In this document: piece by piece, positions 8,086 through 16,165 of the stretch
How the letters are laid out: each line of letters begins with the position of its first letter
Numbering within the stretch: position 1 is the stretch's first letter
IMG/VR virus record: IMGVR_UViG_3300009566_000013
Location: 1 to 30,659 of that record
Direction: 5' to 3' (one strand)
DNA from: a virus
Taxonomy: Duplodnaviria; Caudoviricetes
Length of the DNA stretch: 30,659 bases
The notes under the pieces: model-generated
The model's input: only the letters and a program-made list of their open reading frames with translations
Told to the model about the DNA's origin: nothing
Databases searched by the model: none
Program-made: the position numbers and the translations under genes

Positions 8086-8271
8086 ATGGGTGAACGAAAA
8101 GCACTATCTAAAAAGGTGCGGTTTGAGGTTTTCAAAAGAGATAGTTTCACCTTCCAGTATTGCGGTAAGTCCGCCCCGGCTATGATTCTTGAGGTGGATC
8201 ACCTCAAGCCAGTATCAAAGGATGGCGACAACGATTGGACCAGTACATCGGAGGAATTTGACAATGAGTAA
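8086..8271 (+). pseudogene. Truncated HNH endonuclease remnant
   Basis: RFEVFKRD.FTFQYCG...LEVDHLKPVSKDG is an HNH N-terminal half. The first Zn-binding Cys is replaced by Phe and the N...CxxCN half is absent. Confidence 0.75.
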
Positions 8272-9067
8272 AGGACGAATGATTTCTTCAGAAATATGGG
8301 AAGATGATTATTTTATTGAATTGTCTCTCTTGGAACGGATGATATGGATAGGATTATTGACTTGTTCTGCTGATGACCAGGGGCGTATGCAGGACAATTC
8401 GAGGCTTATTCATTCCCAATTGTTTCCAGTAGACGATCTAGACGATAATCTTATAGAAAACGCTTTAGAAAAGTTTTCTAATTCGGGAAAGATTATCCGC
8501 TATATTTCCGACGGTCGCAGAATTATTCAAATAAAGAACTGGTGGAAATATCAAGCGCCGCGTTGGGCTGGAAAATCAAAGTACAAACCACCAAAAGGCT
8601 GGATAGATAGAGAACGCTATCACGGAATTGGAAATGTAGTATTGGAGTTGAATTGGAAGGAACCAGGAGGATTTCAAGAACATAGTACAGCATCCAATAC
8701 TATTAACGATGTTGATGGTGATGTTAATGGTGATGTTGATGTTAAGGTTGATGTTGATGTTGATGTGGATATTTCGCCTTCCGGCGACAACGACAACGAC
8801 GATGATCTTATTTCTGAATTCGAGTCTATCTCAGGGCTTACAAGAGATGCTAGGCATAACCAGGAGTGGATCACCGACCTAAAGCATATGAGGGATAATG
8901 GAGTAACCCCTCAGATCATGCGCAGGGCTATCCAGGAACTTCGCGATAAGAATTACAAAGTATCCAGCCCTCATAGCATCCTCCGCGCGGTGGAGATGGT
9001 GCAGGGTGATGACTCAATCCGCATACCGGATTCCACCGGCATTTATGCGGAATATATCCAACACTAA
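8264..9067 (+). CDS. Phage replication initiator (replisome organiser / DnaD-like architecture)
   Basis: N-terminal wHTH-like RMI..EIWEDD.F..LS..ERMIWIGL...ADDQGR, a low-complexity linker and a small helical C-domain; RBS GGAGG before ATG 8264. Confidence 0.75.
   Translation: MSKGRMISSEIWEDDYFIELSLLERMIWIGLLTCSADDQGRMQDNSRLIHSQLFPVDDLDDNLIENALEKFSNSGKIIRYISDGRRIIQIKNWWKYQAPRWAGKSKYKPPKGWIDRERYHGIGNVVLELNWKEPGGFQEHSTASNTINDVDGDVNGDVDVKVDVDVDVDISPSGDNDNDDDLISEFESISGLTRDARHNQEWITDLKHMRDNGVTPQIMRRAIQELRDKNYKVSSPHSILRAVEMVQGDDSIRIPDSTGIYAEYIQH
8708..8806 (+). repeat. GATGTT-type hexamer tandem repeats in the initiator linker (possible origin region)
   Basis: About 10 imperfect GATGTT units encoding DVDGDVNGDVDVKVDVDVDVD, then GACAAC units. 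Confidence 0.7.
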
Positions 9068-9078
9068 CTGGAGACGAA

Positions 9079-9363
9079 ATGAGTATAAAGATTCAATTGT
9101 CTGCAAATTGTGTTAAAGCGCAATCTGAGAACGCCAGACTGCGGGAGGAATTATATGCCTATCAGAGCGCACTGAAATCAATGGTCAATCAATATCTTTA
9201 CCGACCGTTAGATTTGAAAACAAGAGAACCGTGCGAAGATGTTTATCAGCACGATTTTATGAGCGCCGGCGAGGAAGCGTGTGATTATCTGGTTCGATAT
9301 GGGTTGGCAGTCTGGACAGATGACGATAAATACGCAATTAAGTTCATTCAAGATGAACTTTAA
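9079..9363 (+). CDS. Hypothetical protein
   Basis: RBS GGAG; operon continuity; N-terminal coiled coil ENARLRE. Confidence 0.6.
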   Translation: MSIKIQLSANCVKAQSENARLREELYAYQSALKSMVNQYLYRPLDLKTREPCEDVYQHDFMSAGEEACDYLVRYGLAVWTDDDKYAIKFIQDEL

Positions 9364-9441
9364 AACTATGAAAGTTCGGTAACACAAAATAATACTAATC
9401 CTGATTTTAATAATCATTAAAAGAGCTGAAAGGAGTAAAAC

Positions 9442-9753
9442 ATGGAATTTCATTTTACAGAGGCGTTACGCGACTTATCCAAGACGCGTCCAGCGGATGT
9501 AAGCGCTATTGGAGTATCTATCCTGATTGATTACATCGAGGAACTGGAAGCCGCGCGGAGGTTGGCGCTTGAAAAGTTACCATTGTTGTATCGAGGACAT
9601 AATTATTGCGAAGACAGTTGGTACTCATGCCCGAAAGCAGAGGAAGGCTGTTCTGATAAAACACAAGGTAAAGAATGTAATTGTGGAGCTGATAGGCAAA
9701 ATGCAATTCTCGCAGAAATTACGAAAATTTTGCAACCGCCGGAGGACAAATGA
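9442..9753 (+). CDS. Hypothetical Cys-rich protein
   Basis: RBS AAGGAG; HxxCEDSWYSCP...C...CNCGAD cluster; ATGA overlap with rusA. Confidence 0.65.
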   Translation: MEFHFTEALRDLSKTRPADVSAIGVSILIDYIEELEAARRLALEKLPLLYRGHNYCEDSWYSCPKAEEGCSDKTQGKECNCGADRQNAILAEITKILQPPEDK

Positions 9754-10109
9754 ATATCACAGTTCCAGGCATCCCTGTTGCAAAACAAAGTTTCCGGTAC
9801 GCCAAGCATCACGGCTACATCGACCCGCGCGTGACGGCGTGGCAGCAGGAGGTGGCTGCTACCGCGCGGCTGGCGTTTGACAAGCCGTACACCGGCTGGT
9901 TAAGTGTTACGCTTGTATTTGTAATGCCGAACAAACGGCGTGTGGACGTTGACAACCTATCAAAGAACGTGCTTGATGCGCTCAAAGGCATAGCCTACGC
10001 TGACGATAGCCAGGTGTTACGGCTGTGTGCGAGCAAGCGATTCGATAAGGACGAGCCCGGTGTGTGGGTGATGGTTGAGCCGTATAAGATTAGTCTGGAG
10101 GACTTATAA
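9750..10109 (+). CDS. rusA: RusA-family Holliday junction resolvase
   Basis: PVAK...DVDNLSKNVLDALKGIAYADDSQV catalytic signature. Confidence 0.9.
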   Translation: MNITVPGIPVAKQSFRYAKHHGYIDPRVTAWQQEVAATARLAFDKPYTGWLSVTLVFVMPNKRRVDVDNLSKNVLDALKGIAYADDSQVLRLCASKRFDKDEPGVWVMVEPYKISLEDL

Positions 10110-10885
10110 TGTGCCATTTTTTCAGTTTTTGCACTGATCCGGAATATCACGGCGGGCAACGTTTTTATTTTGCCTGGGGGTATCGCAAGGAACACTTGGA
10201 TGAAGGAAATGATAGCCACTTACTGATTTGCGAGTATTATGGGCTAAATGAGGATATATGTAATGAGTATGAATATAATCCTTTGACAAGAGTGTTTGCC
10301 GCGGACCAGATAAACAGTCCGGTTGATGACCGTTTACAGGCGGAATATTGGGCAAATCGACTTGACTTCAAACATGTGGTAGAACCGTTAAACATAAAGC
10401 CGGTAATCAATCCATTTGAATTGCATAAAGTGGATGGAATAACAAAAGAGCAAGTTGCATTACTAAAACAATGGGCTTCCGTGTGGTCCTCCGTGATAGA
10501 TTCTGATGATATTTCTGTGTGGGCTTCCGTGTGGTCCTCCGTGGTAGATTCTGTGGAGGCTTCTGTGGGAGATTCTGTGAGAGATTTTGTGAGGGATTTT
10601 GTGTGGGATTCTGTGAGAGATACCATGAGGATTTCTGCGTGGGCTTCTGCGAAACCTTCCGTGTGGGCTTTTGTGTGGGATTCTGTAAGAGATTTTATAT
10701 GGGCTTACATTTCGAGTTTTGTTAGCGCCACGTACGAGTATGATTTTACTTCTGCTGTAAAACTATGGGAGCAGGGTATTGTTGCATCGCATGATATGAA
10801 TATGTGGCGTCTACATAGTGGCAAGAACGCTGATGTAATATTTGAAATAACTGATGATGAGCTGCAAAATGCGGAGTATAAATGA
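10109..10885 (+). CDS. Hypothetical protein with internal tetrapeptide repeats (WASV/WDSV/RDFV)
   Basis: RBS GGAGG; TAATG overlap; repeat block in the middle of the protein. Confidence 0.75.
   Translation: MCHFFSFCTDPEYHGGQRFYFAWGYRKEHLDEGNDSHLLICEYYGLNEDICNEYEYNPLTRVFAADQINSPVDDRLQAEYWANRLDFKHVVEPLNIKPVINPFELHKVDGITKEQVALLKQWASVWSSVIDSDDISVWASVWSSVVDSVEASVGDSVRDFVRDFVWDSVRDTMRISAWASAKPSVWAFVWDSVRDFIWAYISSFVSATYEYDFTSAVKLWEQGIVASHDMNMWRLHSGKNADVIFEITDDELQNAEYK
10472..10705 (+). repeat. 12-bp-period coding tandem repeats, including a 34-bp near-identical pair
   Basis: TGGGCTTCCGTGTGGTCCTCCGTG(A/G)TAGATTCTG at 10472 and 10520, followed by GATT(C/T)TGTG(A/T)G(A/G) units. Confidence 0.8.
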
Positions 10886-11067
10886 CCGTCTACCGCGCGA
10901 AAGGTGAGTGGTACAGAGAGCGCGACAAGCGGCTGTTCGTTGAGCCGTATCTCGCCGGAAAACCGGTGTGGCAGATAGCGCATGAGACGCATTATAGCGA
11001 GTGCATGGTGATAGCTGCGCTGAAGGCGGCGGGCGCGTGGGAGGGAAGATGCCCAGCAAACCATTAA
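10882..11067 (+). CDS. Small HTH-like protein
   Basis: YLAGKPVWQIAHETHYSECMVIAALK resembles an HTH; ATGA overlap. Confidence 0.5.
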   Translation: MTVYRAKGEWYRERDKRLFVEPYLAGKPVWQIAHETHYSECMVIAALKAAGAWEGRCPANH

Positions 11068-11273
11068 AACCGCTTATCCCGCGTGATCTGCTCGATCTGT
11101 ATCCCAGCTGGTATGCCCGCTGGGGACATAGCGGCGCGATGCAGAATCTACGTGCGCAGATGTCCTTCAGAGCAGGTTACGAGTACCCATATTTCCATAA
11201 CCATTACGAGGCGATTGAGGCGCTGGTGACGGAGTTGGAAGTGGACAAAATCACGGACAAAATCAATGACTGA
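11049..11273 (+). CDS. Hypothetical protein
   Basis: RBS GGGAGG before ATG 11049; overlaps both neighbours. Confidence 0.55.
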   Translation: MPSKPLKPLIPRDLLDLYPSWYARWGHSGAMQNLRAQMSFRAGYEYPYFHNHYEAIEALVTELEVDKITDKIND

Positions 11274-11490
11274 TATAAACCATTCACCAGGTGAAGGCGG
11301 TTATTTAATCCCGGAAGTAATCGAGGTGAAAAGACCTGGTATTCTTGGATGTTTTTACCGTCTTATTGGCAGCAAGCGCGGGTATGAGGAATTTCGCTTA
11401 TATGAACATATACTCGCGATGCGAAATTGCTTTATTCGGCGAACTGTTGAGACTGAAATTTTGAATATCAATGGTGAACACAATGACTAA
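11266..11490 (+). CDS. Hypothetical protein
   Basis: 8-nt overlaps with both neighbours; operon continuity. Confidence 0.5.
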   Translation: MTDINHSPGEGGYLIPEVIEVKRPGILGCFYRLIGSKRGYEEFRLYEHILAMRNCFIRRTVETEILNINGEHND

Positions 11491-11596
11491 TGCTCTTCTA
11501 TGGGTGCTGCTGGTGCTGGTGAGCCTTATGTTCCTGGTGATGCTTCTTGCAGTAGGCGTGTTTATTTGGTGGATTTTCAACGGAGGAGACCAATGA
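11483..11596 (+). CDS. 37-aa single-TM micro-protein (MTNALLWVLLVLVSLMFLVMLLAVGVFIWWIFNGGDQ)
   Basis: Translated by hand; coupled upstream (ATGACTAA) and downstream (ATGA). Confidence 0.6.
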   Translation: MTNALLWVLLVLVSLMFLVMLLAVGVFIWWIFNGGDQ

Positions 11597-12021
11597 AAGT
11601 ATATGTCTTGACCGTCGGAGAATATTCCGATGTATACGTTTATGGCGTGTTTTCGAGTGAAGAGATTGCAAAACGATACGCAAACGCGCTGGATGGATTT
11701 TGTGAAGAGTTTGAACTCGATGGACAATTCATTGAACCAATAAACAGGGGGTATTTGTATTGGCATGTTGCTATTTTAGCCAGTGGTAATATAGATGTGC
11801 GCGTAGGTGATAATATCAGTAACAACCCGAAAAATAAATTATGGATAAAAGGGAAAAAACCGTCTGGTATGGGCGAATGGATGATATTCGACCTATGGGC
11901 GAAGGACAAGCAGCATGCTGTCAAGATAGCTAACGACATTCGCGCCCGCTGCATAGCCGAAGGACTGACTGATACCGGACAGAATATCGAGTACGAATGG
12001 GGATTCAACGGAGACAAATGA
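11593..12021 (+). CDS. Hypothetical phage protein (MKVYVL...GEYSD...GVFSSEEIA type)
   Basis: RBS GGAGG before ATG 11593, preferred over the track's 11500 start. Confidence 0.7.
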   Translation: MKVYVLTVGEYSDVYVYGVFSSEEIAKRYANALDGFCEEFELDGQFIEPINRGYLYWHVAILASGNIDVRVGDNISNNPKNKLWIKGKKPSGMGEWMIFDLWAKDKQHAVKIANDIRARCIAEGLTDTGQNIEYEWGFNGDK

Positions 12022-12230
12022 GGGATATTATCAGCACAGACTTTCGTGACTTTGTAGAGTTAATGATAGATGCGAAACAGAAATTTGACCGCCTACCGCC
12101 TAAACAGCGGCGGGCGGTCGCCCTATATCAGAGAGGATTTTCGTATTCCGAGATTGCCAAAAAAAGGGGGGTAAGCAGGCAATCAGTTTCGCGGGTTTTT
12201 CGTCGGATAGTTGACAAGTGTGCCGATTAG
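12018..12230 (+). CDS. Sigma-70 region-4-like HTH protein (probable late transcription regulator)
   Basis: LPPKQRRAVALYQRGFSYSEIAKKRGVSRQSVSR; last gene before the late/packaging block; RBS GGAG. Confidence 0.8.
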   Translation: MRDIISTDFRDFVELMIDAKQKFDRLPPKQRRAVALYQRGFSYSEIAKKRGVSRQSVSRVFRRIVDKCAD

Positions 12231-12254
12231 CCCGTAACAGTAATAGAGACATTG

Positions 12255-12455
12255 ATGCAAAGACGCTGCGTATGTGGAAAACCGATAAAAGGAAAAACTC
12301 ATTTATGTGCCGACTGCCTGGAAATCTACGGAACCGACAGGACAGATTGGCCTGAATGGCTGAAGTTCTTGGTCAATGACCTGGACCGAGAATATGCCGC
12401 TGAAAAGCGGTTTGATCAACACGAGATAAATTTCACAGACTTAGGAGTGTACTAA
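12255..12455 (+). CDS. Small Zn-finger-like hypothetical protein
   Basis: CxCG...LCADC; the stop abuts the holin start. Confidence 0.6.
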   Translation: MQRRCVCGKPIKGKTHLCADCLEIYGTDRTDWPEWLKFLVNDLDREYAAEKRFDQHEINFTDLGVY

Positions 12456-12806
12456 ATGGCTATTGACTTTCTCAATTCTTTTTTGACACCGTTTCTTGCG
12501 GCCGTTTTGCCTGCCCTGGCTGCCGCCCTCGCCTCACTTGTAGTTGCCTGGATTGTCAAGGTAATCGGTGAGATCAAAGCGAAACTTGACGAGCGTACCT
12601 TGTGGCTGCTGAATGAGGCGACTCGCGCCGCCGTGTTGGCAGCGGAGCAAATGAACCTATCCGGGCAGATCGCAGATAAGAAAGTATATGCGATGAAGGT
12701 TGCGCAGGACTGGCTGGCTGCTCATGGGCTGAAGGTTGACCTTGCCATTATCGAGGCGAAGGTTGAGGCTGCCGTGCTGGAAGAGTTCAACAAGGGCAAG
12801 GGGTAG
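12456..12806 (+). CDS. Holin, LL-H family
   Basis: N-terminal TM helix, then AVLAAEQ...KKVYA...L..HGLK...IEAKVEAAV signature; RBS TAGGAG. Confidence 0.85.
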   Translation: MAIDFLNSFLTPFLAAVLPALAAALASLVVAWIVKVIGEIKAKLDERTLWLLNEATRAAVLAAEQMNLSGQIADKKVYAMKVAQDWLAAHGLKVDLAIIEAKVEAAVLEEFNKGKG

Positions 12807-12808
12807 AG

Positions 12809-12985
12809 ATAGCATCCGAACCAATCGCAATCGAGGCAAGCGCTGAAGTACGTCAGATCAAAACTATGGCGGACTTCAGCGTTAGCGTTGTCTTGAACTT
12901 CCCGGAGCCGTTCAAGGAACAAATTAAAAAACTACTGGACTGGCAAGGCAAGATGATACGCATCGTTGCGGTTGTGGAAGATTAG
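12809..12985 (+). CDS. Small hypothetical protein (58 aa from ATA 12809, or 39 aa from ATG 12866)
   Basis: Open frame ..AEVRQIKTMADFSVSVVLNFPE..IRIVAVVED fills the gap between the holin and terS. Confidence 0.5.
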   Translation: MASEPIAIEASAEVRQIKTMADFSVSVVLNFPEPFKEQIKKLLDWQGKMIRIVAVVED

Positions 12986-13014
12986 ACCATTAACCTACCT
13001 CACACGTACCAATT

Positions 13015-13464
13015 ATGGACACTTTACGGACTGAACTTGACCAACTTGAGGACTTGCGCCTGGCTTACGTTATGGCGCGTTCTCGTGTTAATTCAGACCG
13101 GCAGGGGTACATGGACGCAGGCATCCACAAGACAACTTTCTACACGTGGAGCACAGAAGAGCGGACGCATCTCAATGACCTGGCGCAACGATTCAAGCGG
13201 GAAACAGCGGAGCGCGCGCTCATGGCATTACAGGACGCGGTCATTGAAGCCGCAGAGGTCAAAGTGGGCGGACTCCATAGCCGGGATGAGCGAGTCAAGC
13301 AGGGCGCGTCAAGTGAGATCCTTGACCGTGTTTTGGGGAAGGCAACCAACTCATTCGAGGTATCAGGCAAGAACGGGGAAGCGCTAAAGATTATTGTCGA
13401 ATATGCCAACAGTCAGACTGACACTACCGGCGTACCATCCGGGGCAGCTGGAGATCAAGAATAA
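13015..13464 (+). CDS. terS: Terminase small subunit
   Basis: HTH-like AGIHKTTFYTW, ASSEILDRVLGK and EVSGKNGEALKI C-terminal pattern; overlaps terL. Confidence 0.75.
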   Translation: MDTLRTELDQLEDLRLAYVMARSRVNSDRQGYMDAGIHKTTFYTWSTEERTHLNDLAQRFKRETAERALMALQDAVIEAAEVKVGGLHSRDERVKQGASSEILDRVLGKATNSFEVSGKNGEALKIIVEYANSQTDTTGVPSGAAGDQE

Positions 13465-14611
13465 CCTTGCCCGATTCAACGTCCTATGTAACGGCAGGCG
13501 GTGGGGTAAAGATATTATCCAGCGCAACCACGCCGTCGAGGGGATGCTTGCCGGTAAGCCAATCGGATGGTACGAGCCGATTTACAAGGACACAGTCAAT
13601 AACTGGGATTGGTTCCTCTCTACCCTGCAACCGCTTATTGTTGACAAGAGCGAACAGGAACGGCGCGTCAAACTGGCAACTGGCGGCAGCCTGGAAATGT
13701 GGAGCCTTGAAAACAGGGACGCATCACGCGGGCGGCATTACTCCAGAGTCATTATCAACGAAGCCGCCAAAGTGCCGCACCTGCAATATTCATGGGAGTA
13801 CGTTATCCGCATCACGCTCATGGACTTGCAAGGTGACGCAATGATATGCAGCACACCGCGCGGGTACGATTATTTTCAGCAATTATTCTCACGGGGAAAA
13901 GACCCACATCAACAAGACTGGCGCTCATGGCAAAAGTCAACCTGGGAAAACCCGTTTATACCGAAGACCGAACTTGAAGACGCGAAAGCAAACCTACCTG
14001 AGATCACCTACCGCCAAGAAATATTAGCGGAGTTTATCACCTCAGACGGCATGGTCTTCCGGCGCGTGCATGAAGCCGCGTGCCTGGACCCGCTTGACGC
14101 TCCGATACCAGGTCATCAATACGTGGCAGGCGTGGACGTGGCAGCATCGGTGGACTATACCGTGATCACCGTCATTGACGCGCAGACGAAAGAAGCTGTG
14201 TACCTTGACCGCTTCAACCGTGTGGATTATCCGGTCTTGGAAGACCGCATAGCGAGTGCTTATATCCGCTGGCAATTGTCTGGGATGGTGATAGAGGCGA
14301 ACTCAATTGGCGCGAGCGTGATCGACCATCTCAGGGAACGTGGGCTATTTATTACCCCATTTACCACAACCAATGCAACGAAGCACAGCATTATCCAGTC
14401 ATTACAGTCCGCGTTTGAGCACGGGCAGATAAAGATAATTGACAATCCTGTATTGATCGGGGAACTATTGTCATTCGAGAGCAAGAAGACCACCAGCGGC
14501 AATTTCACATACTCCGCGCCGGACGGGCAGCATGACGATACGGTCATGTCGCTTGCTCTGGCATGGTATGCGGTGCAAGCCGCGCAGCCCGTGATTCTAT
14601 TCGGAGCCTAA
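13403..14611 (+). CDS. terL: Terminase large subunit
   Basis: Q-motif HPGQ, Walker A GRRWGKD, Walker B VIINEAA, STPRG, nuclease motifs GVDVA..DYT, IEANSIG and HDDTVMSLALA. Confidence 0.95.
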   Translation: MPTVRLTLPAYHPGQLEIKNNLARFNVLCNGRRWGKDIIQRNHAVEGMLAGKPIGWYEPIYKDTVNNWDWFLSTLQPLIVDKSEQERRVKLATGGSLEMWSLENRDASRGRHYSRVIINEAAKVPHLQYSWEYVIRITLMDLQGDAMICSTPRGYDYFQQLFSRGKDPHQQDWRSWQKSTWENPFIPKTELEDAKANLPEITYRQEILAEFITSDGMVFRRVHEAACLDPLDAPIPGHQYVAGVDVAASVDYTVITVIDAQTKEAVYLDRFNRVDYPVLEDRIASAYIRWQLSGMVIEANSIGASVIDHLRERGLFITPFTTTNATKHSIIQSLQSAFEHGQIKIIDNPVLIGELLSFESKKTTSGNFTYSAPDGQHDDTVMSLALAWYAVQAAQPVILFGA

Positions 14612-14614
14612 ATT

Positions 14615-16165
14615 ATGAAATATTCATCACTCGATAAGGCTTACAAAGGTCTGGTATCCATCCCGGACTGGCAGCAGCAATTATTAAACGATAACGGCAT
14701 GATGTTTTTGGACAATATCAGTGGTGTGCAGGACGCATACTCGTCCGTTCCGCTTATCAACCGCGCCGTGAAAATGCGCTGTGACGCGCTCTCATCCGTT
14801 CCGGTGGAGATTACCAGGATCAAAGGGGGAACCGAGACCGAGTGGCCGTTTCCGGTAGAGTTACCCGATCTGATATGGAAAACAGAAGCTGCCTTATTAG
14901 GGGCGGGTAAGGCGGTCATCCTGAAGCTACAGAACCGCGTCAGGACGATTGACCTGCAATGGCTAAACCCGTTTACCGTCAATGTGAGTTATGTCCAGGG
15001 GCATGGATTGACTTTCTCACAAGGCGGACAAAGCTGGAACGCATCAGAGATTATCTATATCAAGGAATTTTCATACGGCGATGATATTACATCCGGCGTG
15101 GCTACTGTCCGGACGTGCATGAATGATGCTGCGCTGATGAATTACCAAACGCGCTTTGCGTCCAAGTTCTTTGAGGCGGGCGCTATGCCGATTGTGCTGG
15201 TATCGGCTGAAGGTATCCAGGACGATGAAAAAGCGCGCATACAAAACTTCTTTGCTAAGTTGGCATCCGGGGTAAGCAACGCCTGGCGCGTGCTGGCAAC
15301 CAGAACGAAGCTATCACCTGAGGTTGTCAGTCAAGACCTGGACAAGATGACCATGCCAGAATTGTATAACCAGGCGTCAAAAAATATCGCTGTTGCGTTT
15401 GGTATCCCGGTCAATATGTTTCAAGGGGATGACAATTACGCTTCAGCTGATAGCCACCGGATGCAATTCTGGCAGGATGTGGTGCGCCCGCGCGGGCGCA
15501 TGATAGAGAGCGCCTTCAACCGCCAGCTGCTCAATCCGATGGGTTTGCAGATGGAATTTCTGTTCGATGAGCTCGACATATTCCAGGAAGACGAAAACGA
15601 TCGGGCGCAGTCGTTTGCCACCTACGTTAGCGCAGGTGTGAATCCGTTGGCAGCCGCTGAAATGCTGGGCATCGATATACCTAAAGACGTAAATTTTTTG
15701 AATGAGCCAAAACCCGAGCCAACGATTGTGCAAGCGCCGCCGGTGAAGAATAAGCCGAATCCGTTTGATGAGGATATAGAGAAATTCATGCGCAAGTGCA
15801 TGAAGCGGGTGCATGACGGTAAGGAGCCGGATTGCGCATTTGAGAGCGATACCATCCCGGAAGCGCTTATGGATGAACTTCATGCCGCGCTCAAGTTATG
15901 CCACGACCCGGAAGAGGTGAGGGCGGTATTCGAGGGCAGGCAGGAAACATCCGAAACGATGCAGTTACTCCGTGCGTTGAAGGCGGCAACGGACGCGCTG
16001 AAGGCAGATCCGCCGATGCAGGTGCCCGACAACTATAACATACCCATAACGGTAAATGTACCCGCGCCGGTGGTCAATGTTACCAATGAAGTACAGCCAG
16101 CTCCGATTGAAAACAACGCGACGGTGGAGCCTACCTCCGGCAGCTCGCAGGAGGATATCAGGTGA
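14615..16165 (+). CDS. Portal protein (HK97-family) with C-terminal extension
   Basis: Follows terL; FFEAGAMP, IAVAFGIP, NYA and F..DVVRP motifs. Confidence 0.9.
   Translation: MKYSSLDKAYKGLVSIPDWQQQLLNDNGMMFLDNISGVQDAYSSVPLINRAVKMRCDALSSVPVEITRIKGGTETEWPFPVELPDLIWKTEAALLGAGKAVILKLQNRVRTIDLQWLNPFTVNVSYVQGHGLTFSQGGQSWNASEIIYIKEFSYGDDITSGVATVRTCMNDAALMNYQTRFASKFFEAGAMPIVLVSAEGIQDDEKARIQNFFAKLASGVSNAWRVLATRTKLSPEVVSQDLDKMTMPELYNQASKNIAVAFGIPVNMFQGDDNYASADSHRMQFWQDVVRPRGRMIESAFNRQLLNPMGLQMEFLFDELDIFQEDENDRAQSFATYVSAGVNPLAAAEMLGIDIPKDVNFLNEPKPEPTIVQAPPVKNKPNPFDEDIEKFMRKCMKRVHDGKEPDCAFESDTIPEALMDELHAALKLCHDPEEVRAVFEGRQETSETMQLLRALKAATDALKADPPMQVPDNYNIPITVNVPAPVVNVTNEVQPAPIENNATVEPTSGSSQEDIR

Noticed and set aside
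10519-10725. Cys-rich alternative-frame ORF (GFCVGFC repeats)
   Set aside because: It is a by-product of the 12-bp coding repeats in the 10109-10885 gene and has no RBS.
11243-11265. GGACAAAATCA direct repeat as a target-site duplication
   Set aside because: The copies are adjacent with no element between them; most simply a local in-frame 12-bp duplication.
12159-12171. A7G6 run as a phase-variation or frameshift site
   Set aside because: It encodes KKRG within an intact HTH, the runs are short, and there is no in-frame canonical slippery heptamer.
12211-12245. Sigma70-type late promoter
   Set aside because: TTGACA is present at 12211-12216 but there is no convincing -10 at 16-18 nt. An activator-dependent late promoter remains possible but cannot be supported from sequence.
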